Assembly: GCA_964016885.1 (NCBI GenBank)
Contig: OZ024744.1
Coordinates: forward strand, 111,104,001-111,168,000
Source: Eledone cirrhosa
Lineage: Eukaryota
Length of the DNA: 64,000 bases
Direction: 5' to 3'
This document shows, piece after piece, positions 63,501 to 64,000 of this stretch (position 1 is its first letter; each line of letters begins with the position of its first letter). A program made the translations under genes and the position numbers. Under the pieces are notes generated by a model, which searched no databases, had not been told where the DNA came from, and was given only the letters and a program-made list of their open reading frames with translations.

Positions 63501-64000
63501 AAACTACACAATCCACTATAAATTACCTTGCCCTGAACACAGTAAAACTACACAATCCACTATTACTTACCTTGCCCTGAACACAGAATAACTACACAAT
63601 CCACTATAACTTAACTGGCCCTGAACACAGTAAAACTACACAATCCACTATTACTTACCTTGCTCTGAACACAGTAAAACTACACAATCCACTATTACTT
63701 ACCTTGCTCTGAACACAGACAAACTACACAATCCAGTATAACTTACTTTGCCATGAACACAGTAAAACTACACAATCCACTATTACTTACCTTGCTCTGA
63801 ACACAGAAAAACTACACAATCCACTATAACTTACTTTGCCATGAACACAGTAAAACTACACAATCCACTATAAATTAACTGGCCCTGAACACAGTAACAC
63901 TACACAATCAACTATAACTTTCCTTGCTCTGAACACAGTAAAACTACACAATGCACTATAACTTAATTTGCCATGAACACAGTAAAACTACACAATCAAC
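60550..64000. repeat. 63-monomer (2772-bp) higher-order period at the right end of the window
   Basis: Rare markers CACAGTCC (60691/63463) and CCAGTATAAC (60961/63733) are offset by 2772. Confidence 0.8.

Larger units (their letters stand above)
1..64000. repeat. 44-bp satellite DNA tandem array, about 1,454 monomers, single orientation, open at both window ends
   Basis: Monomer starts (AACACAGT) fall at 1+44n up to 16809, then at 44n from 16852 to 63976 (=44x1454). An exact consensus copy lies at 749-792. Consensus composition is A17 C14 G3 T10. Most monomers differ from the consensus by a few substitutions. Confidence 0.99.

Noticed and set aside
1-64000. CRISPR array (constant part plus variable part periodicity)
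   Set aside because: The variable part consists only of point variants of one consensus and is reused many times. There are no unique spacers, no palindromic repeat and no cas genes.
1-64000. Unspliced repetitive-protein CDS on either strand
   Set aside because: 44 is not a multiple of 3, and each monomer carries stops (plus strand TAA, TAA, TGA; minus strand TAA, TAG, TAG), so every frame closes within about three monomers.
1-64000. Minus-strand ORF under a ciliate-type code (TAA/TAG = Gln), since the consensus lacks TGA
   Set aside because: Frequent variants (TCAAC, GTCAAA, TTCAC) introduce TGA in rotating frames. Whole-monomer gains and losses are not restricted to multiples of three, and nothing suggests such an organism.
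1-64000. Telomeric repeat or G-quadruplex array suggested by the C-rich/G-rich strand bias
   Set aside because: There is no short canonical telomere unit, and at most one GGG run per 44 bp.
1-64000. Embedded transposon, inversion or unique island
   Set aside because: The 44-bp register and orientation are continuous across the window, leaving no room for an insertion. None was seen on reading.
1-64000. Assignment to a named satellite family, species or centromere
   Set aside because: I do not recognise the monomer. A Dfam, Repbase or BLAST search and chromatin data would be required.

Overview
The whole 64-kb window is one uninterrupted, head-to-tail tandem array of a 44-bp satellite. The consensus is AACACAGTAAAACTACACAATCCACTATAACTTACCTTGCCCTG, with about 1,454 full copies plus a 25-bp partial copy, and the array runs off both ends. 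I see no genes, ORFs, RNA genes, CRISPR spacers, transposon insertions or inversions. Monomer variants differ almost only by substitutions, and I found a single 1-bp phase shift (about 16817). The variants recur in a conserved order of roughly 61-63 monomers (about 2.7 kb). That order has been reshuffled into local higher-order duplications of 5, 19, 45/90, 86, 97, 104 and 121 monomers. The most unusual feature is on the minus strand: each monomer reads as a consensus 3' splice site, a 6-nt 'micro-exon' and a consensus 5' splice site (TTTTACTGTGTTCAG|GGCAAG|GTAAGT), separated by 38-nt GT-AG 'introns'. Whether this is ever transcribed or spliced cannot be determined from the sequence. The organism is probably a eukaryote, but I cannot identify it.
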